Source: Desulfosudaceae bacterium
GTDB taxonomy: Bacteria; Desulfobacterota; Desulfobacteria; Desulfobacterales; Desulfosudaceae
Reading direction: 5' to 3'
Length of the DNA: 64,000 bases
Assembly (NCBI GenBank): GCA_963674745.2
Contig: CAXXDV010000003.1
Span: 1 to 64,000 of the forward strand
Part shown: piece by piece, positions 46,044-55,110 of the stretch
How positions within the stretch are numbered: position 1 is the first letter of the stretch
How the letters are laid out: each line of letters opens with the position of its first letter
The notes under the pieces: model-generated
The model's input: the letters and a program-made list of their open reading frames with translations, nothing else
Databases searched by the model: none
Told to the model about the DNA's origin: nothing
Program-made: the position numbers and the translations under genes

Positions 46044-46393
46044 TGTTCTTTCCCAGCCAAACGCGGGCTTTTCTGGTGATGGGTCATACGGATATGAGAA
46101 AATCCATCAATGGCCTGTCCATTATGGTGGAAGGCCAGATTGAACTTGACCCGTTTTCCGGCCATTTATTTGTTTTTTGCAATCGGCGTCAAACGATCCT
46201 CAAAATATTATACTGGCATCGGAACGGTTTTTGTCTATGGCACAAGCGTCTGGAGAAAGAAAAATTTCGCTGGCCAGAGTCGTATGATGAGGTTATGGAG
46301 ATCGGTTCCCGGCGTTTGGGGTGGTTGCTGGACGGGCTTGAGATTACCCAGGTTCGGGGACATGATAGGCTTCAATATTCCACAGTCATTTAA
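46040..46393 (+). CDS. tnpB: IS66 accessory protein TnpB
   Basis: TDMRKSINGL, LFVFCNRR, KRLE..F.WP. Confidence 0.93.
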   Translation: MMFFPSQTRAFLVMGHTDMRKSINGLSIMVEGQIELDPFSGHLFVFCNRRQTILKILYWHRNGFCLWHKRLEKEKFRWPESYDEVMEIGSRRLGWLLDGLEITQVRGHDRLQYSTVI

Positions 46394-46461
46394 GTAAAAA
46401 ATTACTACATAATCATAAAACAGGCTTGACATTGCATGATGGTTTTGTTATGTAAACCATT

Positions 46462-48054
46462 ATGAACAGTGAGTCTGCACAACTTCAGAATACCATAAAA
46501 GATCTCAATAAAGTCATTCAGTCAGACAATGAATTGATTCAATTTCAGCATACCCGTATTGAGCATTTAGAAAAACAGAATCGTCTTCTAAGAGCCAAGC
46601 TGTTCGGCAAAAAATCAGAAAAGCACATATTTGACACCGATGACAAGCAGATGACCCTGTTTGACGAGGCCGAGGATATTGCTGAAGATGCCGACGAAAA
46701 AGAAGAAAAGATAGCGGTTACCGGGCATTCCAGGAAAAAAGGCGGTCGCAAGCCCCTGCCTGATGACCTGCCGCGCATAGACGTTATTCACGATATTCCG
46801 GAAGAAGAAAAGATGTGCGCCTGCGGCTGTGAAATGAGCCGTATCGGCAAAGACATTTCCGAGAAACTGGATGTTATTCCGGCCAAAGTACAGGTTATTC
46901 GCCATATTCGATACAAATACGCTTGCAAACAATGTGAAGGCGTAGAATCCGAACAAGGAGCAGTCAAGACAGCGCCGCTACCGCCGCAACTTATTCCGCA
47001 AAGCATCGCCACACCGGGCCTGCTAGCCCATATCCTGACAGCCAAGTTTGCCGACAGCCTGCCGTTTTACCGCCAGGAAAAGCAGTTTACCCGGATCGGG
47101 GTCGATCTTCCCCGGGCTACCATGGCCAACTGGACCATTCAGGCGGCAAAAAGGTGTCAGCCCTTGATTGACGGCCTATGCCAAGAGATCCGATCCGGTC
47201 CATTGATCGGCATGGATGAAACCACGGTTCAGGTTTTGAATGAACCCGGCCGGAATAATACCAGCAAATCCTATATGTGGGTTTTCCGCGGAGGTGATCC
47301 GGATAAACCGGCGCTGATCTATCAATATCACCCCACGCGATCCGGAGAGGTTCCTAAGAATTTCATAAACGGCTACGAGGGCTATATCCAGACTGATGGT
47401 TATAAAGGTTATAACAGCCTGGAGCAAGCCTCCAATATTATTCACATCGGCTGCTGGGCGCACGCACGCCGTAAGTTTCATGAAGTGATTAAGGCCCGTC
47501 AGCCGGTAAAAAAAGGGAAGCCGCAGAAACCCGGCAGCGCGGAAAAGGCCATGAGTTTCATCGGCAAACTGTACCAAGTGGAAAGCCGAGCCGATAAAGC
47601 GGAACTTTCCCCGGATCAACGGCGCGAGCTTCGACAGGCTGAGGTCTTGCCAATCTTGGAATCTTTTAAAAAGTGGCTGGACAAACGCAGTCAACAGACA
47701 CCGCCTCAAGGACTGCTGGGAAAAGCTATCAATTACACTCTGGACCAATGGGACCGGCTGACCGGCTATGTTCAGGACGGACGTCTGCGACCCGATAACA
47801 ACCTGGTGGAGAACGCCATTCGGCCCTTTGTTTTGGGACGAAAAAACTGGTTATTTTCCGGGCATCCCCGGGGTGCGGCCGCCAGCGCCGCCATCTTCAG
47901 CCTGATCGAAACGGCCAAGGCGAACGGGCTGGAACCTTATGCGTACTTGCGATATATTTTTGAGCAGATTCCACTGATCGACGGCACCCCGGAAGAATAC
48001 AAAAAATTACTGCCGCAACACCTCGATCCAGCCGCTCTGAGTTCCCCGACCTGA
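46462..48054 (+). CDS. tnpC: IS66 transposase TnpC
   Basis: FGKKSE, LPFYRQ, DET, TDGY, CWAHARR, DNN..E.AIRP. Confidence 0.95.
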   Translation: MNSESAQLQNTIKDLNKVIQSDNELIQFQHTRIEHLEKQNRLLRAKLFGKKSEKHIFDTDDKQMTLFDEAEDIAEDADEKEEKIAVTGHSRKKGGRKPLPDDLPRIDVIHDIPEEEKMCACGCEMSRIGKDISEKLDVIPAKVQVIRHIRYKYACKQCEGVESEQGAVKTAPLPPQLIPQSIATPGLLAHILTAKFADSLPFYRQEKQFTRIGVDLPRATMANWTIQAAKRCQPLIDGLCQEIRSGPLIGMDETTVQVLNEPGRNNTSKSYMWVFRGGDPDKPALIYQYHPTRSGEVPKNFINGYEGYIQTDGYKGYNSLEQASNIIHIGCWAHARRKFHEVIKARQPVKKGKPQKPGSAEKAMSFIGKLYQVESRADKAELSPDQRRELRQAEVLPILESFKKWLDKRSQQTPPQGLLGKAINYTLDQWDRLTGYVQDGRLRPDNNLVENAIRPFVLGRKNWLFSGHPRGAAASAAIFSLIETAKANGLEPYAYLRYIFEQIPLIDGTPEEYKKLLPQHLDPAALSSPT

Positions 48055-48264
48055 TGGGGTGGGGTTAACTTGACGCTTACATTCCAGGGTTTTTGCCTTT
48101 TTGCGCCACGCCCGCAAAAAGCGCACCCATTCTGCCGGCCGTCCTCGCCTGTTGCCGTGCGGGTAAGCGTTTCTTTCATATGAGAAGGTTTTGATTTCGG
48201 GATTTGTTAATGACTGTGGTTCGGCATTATCATGTGAGTGCAAGTCATGTCAATGGAAGAGATC

Positions 48265-48427
48265 TGCGCTACAGGCATGCTAAAGAATAATGCGAACATC
48301 CGGGCTGTCCAGGAGCTTTTAGACCATGCTATTTCTTGACGCCACGCAGACCTACACGCATGTCAATATCTCTGATATGAAAAAGATCCACAGTCAATGC
48401 CATCCACGGGAGAGGGCCCCTGTATAA
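48265..48427 (+). pseudogene. Frameshifted C-terminal remnant of a XerC/D-like tyrosine recombinase
   Basis: CATGML.NNANIRAVQELLDH / LDATQTYTHV.ISDMKKIH..CHPRE. Confidence 0.75.
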
Positions 48428-48479
48428 GAGAAAATTATTCTGTTGGGAAGAAGGGTAAGATAGTTTTTTGATGTGATGA

Positions 48480-48707
48480 TTATGTTGAATTGTCGTTGAA
48501 GTCCTTTTCAGGTATATCAGCCTGTTTTAAGATAGTCTTAAGCGTCCAGCGATCTATCTCTTTATGATCGGGGACAATTAGGACCTGCCCTGTAGTGTAG
48601 TTTTTTATTTTGATGTGGCTTCCCTTTTGAGAAACTTTTTCATACCCAAGCTTTTGCAATACCTTGATCAGTCTGCGCCCGGATATCAGGTGCGGCTTGG
48701 GACTCAT
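48480..48707 (-). CDS. hicA: HicA-family toxin
   Basis: L.KLGY....QKGSH...VPDH.E...TL..IL.QA. Confidence 0.9.
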   Translation of the reverse strand: MSPKPHLISGRRLIKVLQKLGYEKVSQKGSHIKIKNYTTGQVLIVPDHKEIDRWTLKTILKQADIPEKDFNDNST

Positions 48708-48910
48708 ACAGAAAGCTCACTGACTTTATACTGGTCTTTGGGAAGCGGAAAGTCCACCGGGTCTACTTCGAGGTAAAGCTCTATGGCTTCTTTGAGGTTT
48801 TTGAGTGCTTCTTCTTCTGTTCGTCCCTGAGTCACACATCCTTTAAGGGCGGGACAATAGGCCGTAATGTAACCGTCCATTCCTTGCTCTAAAACAATTT
48901 TAAGCTTCAT
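48704..48910 (-). CDS. hicB: Short HicB-family antitoxin
   Basis: P.L.GCVTQG.T.EEAL.NL.EAI.LYLE; ATG 48910 with SD AGGAG. Confidence 0.88.
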   Translation of the reverse strand: MKLKIVLEQGMDGYITAYCPALKGCVTQGRTEEEALKNLKEAIELYLEVDPVDFPLPKDQYKVSELSV

Positions 48911-49183
48911 TTTGTTGCTCCTACAAATCACTTTGCCTGAAGTGCTGTGTTCTCATCAGGTAAAGGGCTCACCTTAAATCACTGTTTAACATCTACAATC
49001 AATTATTATTGATAATAGCAGGCATGTCAAAGAATATTTGTCGATTTTGATTGTGGAGAGGGAAACCAGCCTTATACTATGCAAAAATTCGTACGGAGAG
49101 AGAAATAGCCATACTAAGGGCTCAAAAAGAAAAAGGCAGAAATATTTCATCCGTTTTTGTGCTTTGCTTGACCTGTTTGATGA

Positions 49184-49397
49184 CTGGATTAGTCGGTCAA
49201 GCCGAGTAATGACTCCTTTGCACGTCATCATCCGGCTCGACCGGATGATCCAGAGTATAATTGGCTGTATTCAGAATAACTGGCCTGTCGGATTTGCTGG
49301 ATTGCCCGGTCAAGCCGGGCAATGACATCAAAGGTAAACCGGGCAATGACAATAAGGTTGTCGGGCAATGACATCAAAGGCAAGTCGGGCAATGACG
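49184..49397. repeat. REP-like palindromic repeat cluster
   Basis: GTCATCATCCGGCTCGACCGGATGATCCAG ... CTGGATTGCCCGGTCAAGCCGGGCAATGAC plus tandem GGGCAATGAC copies. Confidence 0.75.
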
Positions 49398-49415
49398 TGA
49401 AGGTAAAGGCCGCTA

Positions 49416-49966
49416 TCAGGCAGCCCTTTTTACGTAGTAGTGATTAAGCAGGCCGCGAGCAGGGATTGACAATGTACTTCTTCGGGATTGGCGGGTTTTT
49501 CCGGATAATCAAATCCGTCTGGTATGCGATTATTTATACCCTGGTGAGGGCGTTGAGTATTATGATGGGTTTCAATGCAGCGCAGGACATGCCGAAAATG
49601 TTTTTCTCTCAGAGGGATGATCTTGTCCAGCGTCTCCCTGGCTTCCCGGACAAACCGTTCGGCATAGGCATTACACATGGGTGTCTGAGGTGGGGTTTTT
49701 ACGATTTTAATGCCATCGGTTTTAATAATGTGATCCAACGGTATAAAACTTGAGTCCCGGCCATGAATAATATACCTGCAGGGAACCTGGTCGTCGGCAA
49801 GTTTCATGGACAGGTTTCTGGCTTGTTGTTTCATCTTGGCGGAGTTCGGGTGGGGCGTGCAGCCGGCGATATGAATGCTGCGGGTTCCCAGATTAATAAA
49901 AAATAACACGTAGAACGTAACGAGCCCTCTTGACGTCCAGACTTCTTCAGTAAAAAAGTCAGTCAC
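49416..49966 (-). pseudogene. 5'-truncated, frameshifted copy of the rve transposase-like gene
   Basis: Closely similar to the 3' half of 41075-42151; HDRD changed to HGRD; frameshift near the 3' end. Confidence 0.85.
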
Positions 49967-50177
49967 CCGTCCAACCGGCTCGTTTCTAGTTGACGGCTTT
50001 TTGACGGCCCGTTATGTCATTATATGGTCTGGTAGAATATTGGCAGAATTGAAAGGAATTCATTGAATTCTGTGGCATCTATTGAACGTATTGAATTAAT
50101 GTTTTGTCTGTTTAAATGCTGGTAATCAAAAGAGAAACAATGTATTTCGGCTACTTGGTAGAAAGGGCAGTTAAATA

Positions 50178-50197
50178 TTCGACTCCCGCCACCACCA
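50178..50197 (+). other. Third, degenerate tmRNA 3'-end repeat
   Basis: TTCGACTCCCGCCACCACCA, preceded by a ~40-bp segment (50117-50156) similar to 38538-38577. Confidence 0.6.
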
Positions 50198-50477
50198 TGT
50201 ATTACATCTATATTCTCCATATCTGCGCACGCAGGTGGTTGACACGACCAGATGATGAGCGGCCTGTAAACTTTGTGTCTTTTGTCAACAACGCCTCTAA
50301 TTCCTCGATAACGAACCTTTCCCTCAAATTTATTGGGGTTAAAACGACCAGCAGTTGACTGAAAAGGTTCCAATGTCGTACCATCTCTTATTTTCCTTGA
50401 GGTTTGGGGGCTTTTTATTCTGTTTTAGAAAAAGACATTTTATAAGATGATGACACCCAAAAAAGACAGCCGCATAC

Positions 50478-52949
50478 ATGGCACGAACAAAAAGTAAAGC
50501 GCCCTTGACTGAATTGGCAGGGATTTTTTTTATATCTGCAGCCCTTTTAGCCCTTGAAATCTGTCTGACACGTATCTTTGCCGTAATGATATGGTTCCAT
50601 TTTTCTTTCCTGGCCCTCGGCATTGTCATGCTGGGATTTGCCTTTGCAGGGATTGTGCTGGTCCTTTTTCAGAAAATCGAAAAAACGCGAGCGACTGCCG
50701 CTATTGCCGGGTTGGGTTTCGCTTTGGCCTCGGGGCTAGGCGTAGCCTTGATGATATGCCAATCGATGATTTTCGACCATTTCTACAAACTGAAGGCGAT
50801 ACATTACTTTCTCGTGCTTTCTACTCCGGTTTATATGATCCCTCTGTTCCTTTTTGCCCTTCTTATGGTTGTCGTATTTACCTCAGGCTTCACCTGTGCC
50901 GGTGTGGCGGTTGCGGTAATGTTTGCCGGAAGGCCGCGGGATGTCGGTCGCCTGTATTTTGCCAACCTGGTCGGCGGAGGGCTGGGAAGCCTTTTAATCC
51001 TTCCTCTTCTTGCACGGGTAGGCGCCCTGGATGCCATACTGGCCATCATCCTGATTATCCTTTTAGGGACTTTTTGTTTCATTGGCTCCAATCTCCGACG
51101 TTCCGGCTGGAAGTTCGCAGCCTGCATTGCATTTGCGGCAACTGTCATTGCCGTCATGGGAATAACCGACAGCAACACACCGTTTGCCGAAAGCCTTCTG
51201 GTCCGTCAGGATGTTACGAAAGAAAACCGGCTTTTTCGAAAATGGAATTCATTCTCCTGTGTGGATTTCTATCTAGTGGACAAAAAGGATCCGCTTTATC
51301 GTGAATCATTGTGGGGGTTGAGCAGAACTTATCAGGGAGATACCCCGGAACTGGTCAAAATGATCATAGATTCATGGGCTGTTACGGCCGCCTATCGAAT
51401 GAATGATAATACCCTTGACCTTCCTTTTTACGAATACCTGCCGACAAATCTGGCTTACAATATTCTTTCCCGTCCTTCGGTTCTGGTGCTTGGTGCGGGC
51501 GGCGGTGTTGATATCCTCTCTGCTCTTCATTACCGGGCATCCTCGGTGACCGGGGTGGAAATCAATCCATCTATTGTCGAAGCCATGAGAAATGAACTGG
51601 CCGGCTTTTCCGGAGACCTATACAACCGATCCGATATCGCGGTCCATGTTGCCGAGGGGCGCCATTGGCTGAGTCGGGACCGAAACACCTATGATTTGAT
51701 TCACCTGTCCGGCGTGGACTCACTTTCCGGTGCCCTGTCATCCGCTTACTGTTTTTCGGAGAGCTACCTCTATACGATTGATGCCTTCAGCGATTACCTG
51801 GCGCATTTAACTGATGACGGTATCGTTTCTCTACTCAGGGCCGCTTTTACCCCGCGCATGGAGATGGAGATGCTTCGACTTCTCACTACTGCCTCAGAGG
51901 CCCTCAATCGCAGTGGCATCAAGTCTCCGGAACGTCATCTGATGATTGTCCATTCCAATGTGAACCTTTTTGCGGTGTTATTGGTGAAAAAGAAACCTTT
52001 AACCCCGGCACAGATGCATGCTATTGATATCGCTTGTAAAAATAAAGGTTTTTCAGTCCTTTACAGCCCTGACCGTCGGCTGGAAAACGCTTTTTATTCT
52101 TTTTTCAGGGCCTCCGATAAGAGACATTTTTATGACCGCTATCCTTTCAAGGTTACGCCGGTCACAGAAGACAAACCCTTCTTTTTTAATTTTGCAAAGG
52201 TTTCCAATGTTTTCAGGCCGCCCGATATGGTCTATTTGCTTTACTTCATAGGCGAGATGGTGCTTTGGGGCGGAACTTTTCTGGCTTTGATCCTTTTACC
52301 CGTTTTTGTCGTATGGCCGGTTAAGTATTTTCGAAAACGAAAAATCCCTGTTCGCCGTCCCTGGGTATTGATGACATATTTTATGGGTATTGGAATCGCG
52401 TTCATGATGGTGGAGAATATTTTTATCCAAAGGTTTACCATCTTTCTCGGTCAACCGGTCTACTCCCTGTCACTGGTGCTTTTCTGCATGATGGTGTTCG
52501 CGGGGATGGGGAGTTACTGGTCGGGGTTGTCCCGGGAAAAAAGATGTCAGCGGATACTCGTGGCATGCGGGATACCGGCGTTATTGCTGGTCACCTTCCT
52601 GATCGCAGAAATCGTTTTTTCGGTTTTGTTACATGCCGGCCTGTTCACACGCCTGATGGCCTCGGCGGTTATGCTGGCGCCCTGCTGTTTTCTTATGGGG
52701 CTACCTTTCCCGTATGGAATTCGACGTCTTGAAATAAATGAGACTCGTGCTATTCCCTGGGCCTGGGCATTAAACAGCTATGCCTCGGTGCTCGGTGCTT
52801 TTCTCGCCGTTATCGGGAACATTAACCTGGGATTCACCGCCACATGTACTATTGCGGCTGTCATTTATGCTGCCTGCGGGGCTCTTTTGTTCCAATGGCG
52901 GCCCCTGAAGAACGGCCATTCTTTTTCCGGGTCAAACCCTCCGTTATAA
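50478..52949 (+). CDS. Multi-TM membrane protein with spermidine-synthase-like SAM-binding domain
   Basis: LYFANLVG, VLVLGAGGG.D, GVEINP, EGR, ESYLYT, TEDKPFFF, WAWALN. Confidence 0.85.
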   Translation: MARTKSKAPLTELAGIFFISAALLALEICLTRIFAVMIWFHFSFLALGIVMLGFAFAGIVLVLFQKIEKTRATAAIAGLGFALASGLGVALMICQSMIFDHFYKLKAIHYFLVLSTPVYMIPLFLFALLMVVVFTSGFTCAGVAVAVMFAGRPRDVGRLYFANLVGGGLGSLLILPLLARVGALDAILAIILIILLGTFCFIGSNLRRSGWKFAACIAFAATVIAVMGITDSNTPFAESLLVRQDVTKENRLFRKWNSFSCVDFYLVDKKDPLYRESLWGLSRTYQGDTPELVKMIIDSWAVTAAYRMNDNTLDLPFYEYLPTNLAYNILSRPSVLVLGAGGGVDILSALHYRASSVTGVEINPSIVEAMRNELAGFSGDLYNRSDIAVHVAEGRHWLSRDRNTYDLIHLSGVDSLSGALSSAYCFSESYLYTIDAFSDYLAHLTDDGIVSLLRAAFTPRMEMEMLRLLTTASEALNRSGIKSPERHLMIVHSNVNLFAVLLVKKKPLTPAQMHAIDIACKNKGFSVLYSPDRRLENAFYSFFRASDKRHFYDRYPFKVTPVTEDKPFFFNFAKVSNVFRPPDMVYLLYFIGEMVLWGGTFLALILLPVFVVWPVKYFRKRKIPVRRPWVLMTYFMGIGIAFMMVENIFIQRFTIFLGQPVYSLSLVLFCMMVFAGMGSYWSGLSREKRCQRILVACGIPALLLVTFLIAEIVFSVLLHAGLFTRLMASAVMLAPCCFLMGLPFPYGIRRLEINETRAIPWAWALNSYASVLGAFLAVIGNINLGFTATCTIAAVIYAACGALLFQWRPLKNGHSFSGSNPPL

Positions 52950-53274
52950 AAAACAATACATCAACTAAGCGGCTTTTACGCCTTGCCAATCATAGATTTG
53001 TCGTGTTAAAAAAAATACGACAAACGGCAAGAAGTTTTTTTATTATAATATAACTAATTGATCTGTTGAGAAATTAAATGAATTTTGTCGCACTTATCCG
53101 TGGCTTTCGTAAAACATAACGGGTAAAAAATATTTAAATTTGTGGATATACATCTGCTGTGTCGATTCAATCATATTGCAAGAAAATCCCAGGCGTGGAT
53201 TTACCACCGGGCTACCTGAAAAGCATAAACAAGACGAAAACCGGATATTCAACCTGACTTCGAGAGGAACTCTA

Positions 53275-55110
53275 ATGACCAGACTGAAATTCATGCTGAT
53301 ATGGATTGTCTTCATGCTGCCCCTGATACAGACCGCCGCCTTCGCTAATGCTGCGGAAACCGCTGATGACGGTTACCGGTTCGATGAAATCGTGGTCACC
53401 GCCACCCGCCGGGAAATCCCCAGACAGGATGTGGCGGCGAATATTACGGTCATCGACCGTGAGGCCATCGATCGCGTGCCCGCGAGCACGGCCGGGGAAG
53501 TGCTTCAGTATATTCCCGGTGTATACGTAGAGTTCAACGGGGGGCCGGGGGCCATGGCCACGGCCCGGATCCAGGGGGCTGAAACCCGGCATGTGGCGGT
53601 CTATGTGGACGGCGTGCCTCACAACATCCTGGCCAACCCCCTGACGGATCTCACCGGACTGCCGGTCGAGGCCATTGAGCGTATCGAGGTTTACAAAGGC
53701 GCGGCCTCCTCGGCCTGGGGGTCATCCCTGGGCGGGGTCATCAACATCATCACCCGGACGCCGGACCCGGACAAGGCCATCGGGGCGTCTGCCCGCGCCT
53801 CCTTTGGCAAGGCCGACACCACCAGAAACTGGGTCCAGCTCACCGGCACAAAGAACCGGTTGGGGTATTTTTTGTCCGCCAGCTACAATGAGAGCGATGG
53901 CTTTACGGACAATTCCGCCTATGACCAGACCGCTTTCTACGGCAAGCTCAATTATGATATCACGGATGCCACCCAGGTGAATTTCGTCTGGAGCGATGAT
54001 GACGGACACAATGAAGATCCGCTCTTCAGTTTTCCGGAATTCTGGGACGACATCTACCGGGACCGGTCCTACCAGCGGCTGCTTTTTGAAACCTTTTTAA
54101 CCGACCGGCTCGGCTTCTCCGTGGAAGGCCGCCATCACTATTTTGATGCCCTCATCGAAGATGTTTACGCCGACCGCCGGGAAATCTTCAATGATTACGA
54201 GGAAACCACCTGGGGCGGGAGCGCCAGGCTCCTGTGGACCCCGAATCCGGCCCATGACGTCAACCTGGGAGTCGACGGCGACCGGGGGCGGTTCGACTGG
54301 ATTTACTACACCCGAAAATATGACACACGGAACTGGGCGGTCTATGCCAACGACACCTTCACCCGGGACAGATTCACCGTCAATGCCGGGCTGCGCTACG
54401 ACGACAACCGGGATTTCGGGTCCGCCGTGAGCCCTTCGGCGGGCGTTGTCTATCGCCTGTTTGACGATCAGGCCCTGGTGCGGGCCCAGGTGGCCAAAGG
54501 GTTTTCCGCGCCGCCCGCCGCCTGGGTCAAGGATCCTGTTTACGGCACCGAAGACCTGGACCCGGAAACCGCCGTGAACTACCAGGTGGGCACGGAACTA
54601 CGCTTCTGCCGAATCCTGCGGCTGGAAATCAACGCCTTTTACGCGGATGTGGAGGACCTCATCCGCTATGATGCGGACACCCGCAAATACGAGAATATCG
54701 ACGAGATCACCCGCAAGGGCCTGGAAGGCACCTTTGCTGCGGCCTTTGACTTCGGCCTGGACCTTTCCGTTTCCGGAAGTTTCACCGACGTGAAAGATGG
54801 AACCACCCGCCAGGAGGTAAAGGACATTCCCAGGCAACAGTACCAGGTATCCGCGATTTACAACCGGCGCTGGATGACCCATTCCCTGCTGGGAAAATAC
54901 ACGGATTACAACTCCACCTTTCCGGAAACCAAAGACAAAAAATTCGTGTTCGACTATCTGTTCAAGGCCCGGCTGCCGGAAATCCGGTACCTGGACCAGG
55001 CCGAGGTGTTCTGCGCCGTCTATAACCTGTTCAACTCAAACACCGTCTACCGCATCGACTGGCCCCAGCCGGGCCGGTGGATGGAGGCGGGGATCGAACT
55101 GGTTTTTTAA
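53275..55110 (+). CDS. TonB-dependent receptor
   Basis: Signal peptide; EIVVTATR, IERIEV.KG.AS..WG...GGVINIIT; terminal Phe. Confidence 0.92.
   Translation: MTRLKFMLIWIVFMLPLIQTAAFANAAETADDGYRFDEIVVTATRREIPRQDVAANITVIDREAIDRVPASTAGEVLQYIPGVYVEFNGGPGAMATARIQGAETRHVAVYVDGVPHNILANPLTDLTGLPVEAIERIEVYKGAASSAWGSSLGGVINIITRTPDPDKAIGASARASFGKADTTRNWVQLTGTKNRLGYFLSASYNESDGFTDNSAYDQTAFYGKLNYDITDATQVNFVWSDDDGHNEDPLFSFPEFWDDIYRDRSYQRLLFETFLTDRLGFSVEGRHHYFDALIEDVYADRREIFNDYEETTWGGSARLLWTPNPAHDVNLGVDGDRGRFDWIYYTRKYDTRNWAVYANDTFTRDRFTVNAGLRYDDNRDFGSAVSPSAGVVYRLFDDQALVRAQVAKGFSAPPAAWVKDPVYGTEDLDPETAVNYQVGTELRFCRILRLEINAFYADVEDLIRYDADTRKYENIDEITRKGLEGTFAAAFDFGLDLSVSGSFTDVKDGTTRQEVKDIPRQQYQVSAIYNRRWMTHSLLGKYTDYNSTFPETKDKKFVFDYLFKARLPEIRYLDQAEVFCAVYNLFNSNTVYRIDWPQPGRWMEAGIELVF

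Larger units (their letters stand above)
45629..48080 (+). mobile_element. IS66-family insertion sequence, apparently intact
   Basis: 21-bp perfect IRs GTAAGCGTCAAGTTAACCCCA; 8-bp TSD ATTCCAGG (45621-45628 and 48081-48088). Confidence 0.97.

Noticed and set aside
49038..50629. Short ORFs at 49038-49325, 50020-50373, 50116-50358 and 50339-50629
   Set aside because: They overlap REP-like repeats, att-site DNA or real genes and lack protein-like features.
55036..55110. 75-bp convergent overlap of TonB receptor and SBP as a functional feature
   Set aside because: The SBP tail is low-information antisense sequence, probably a lost or late stop codon.
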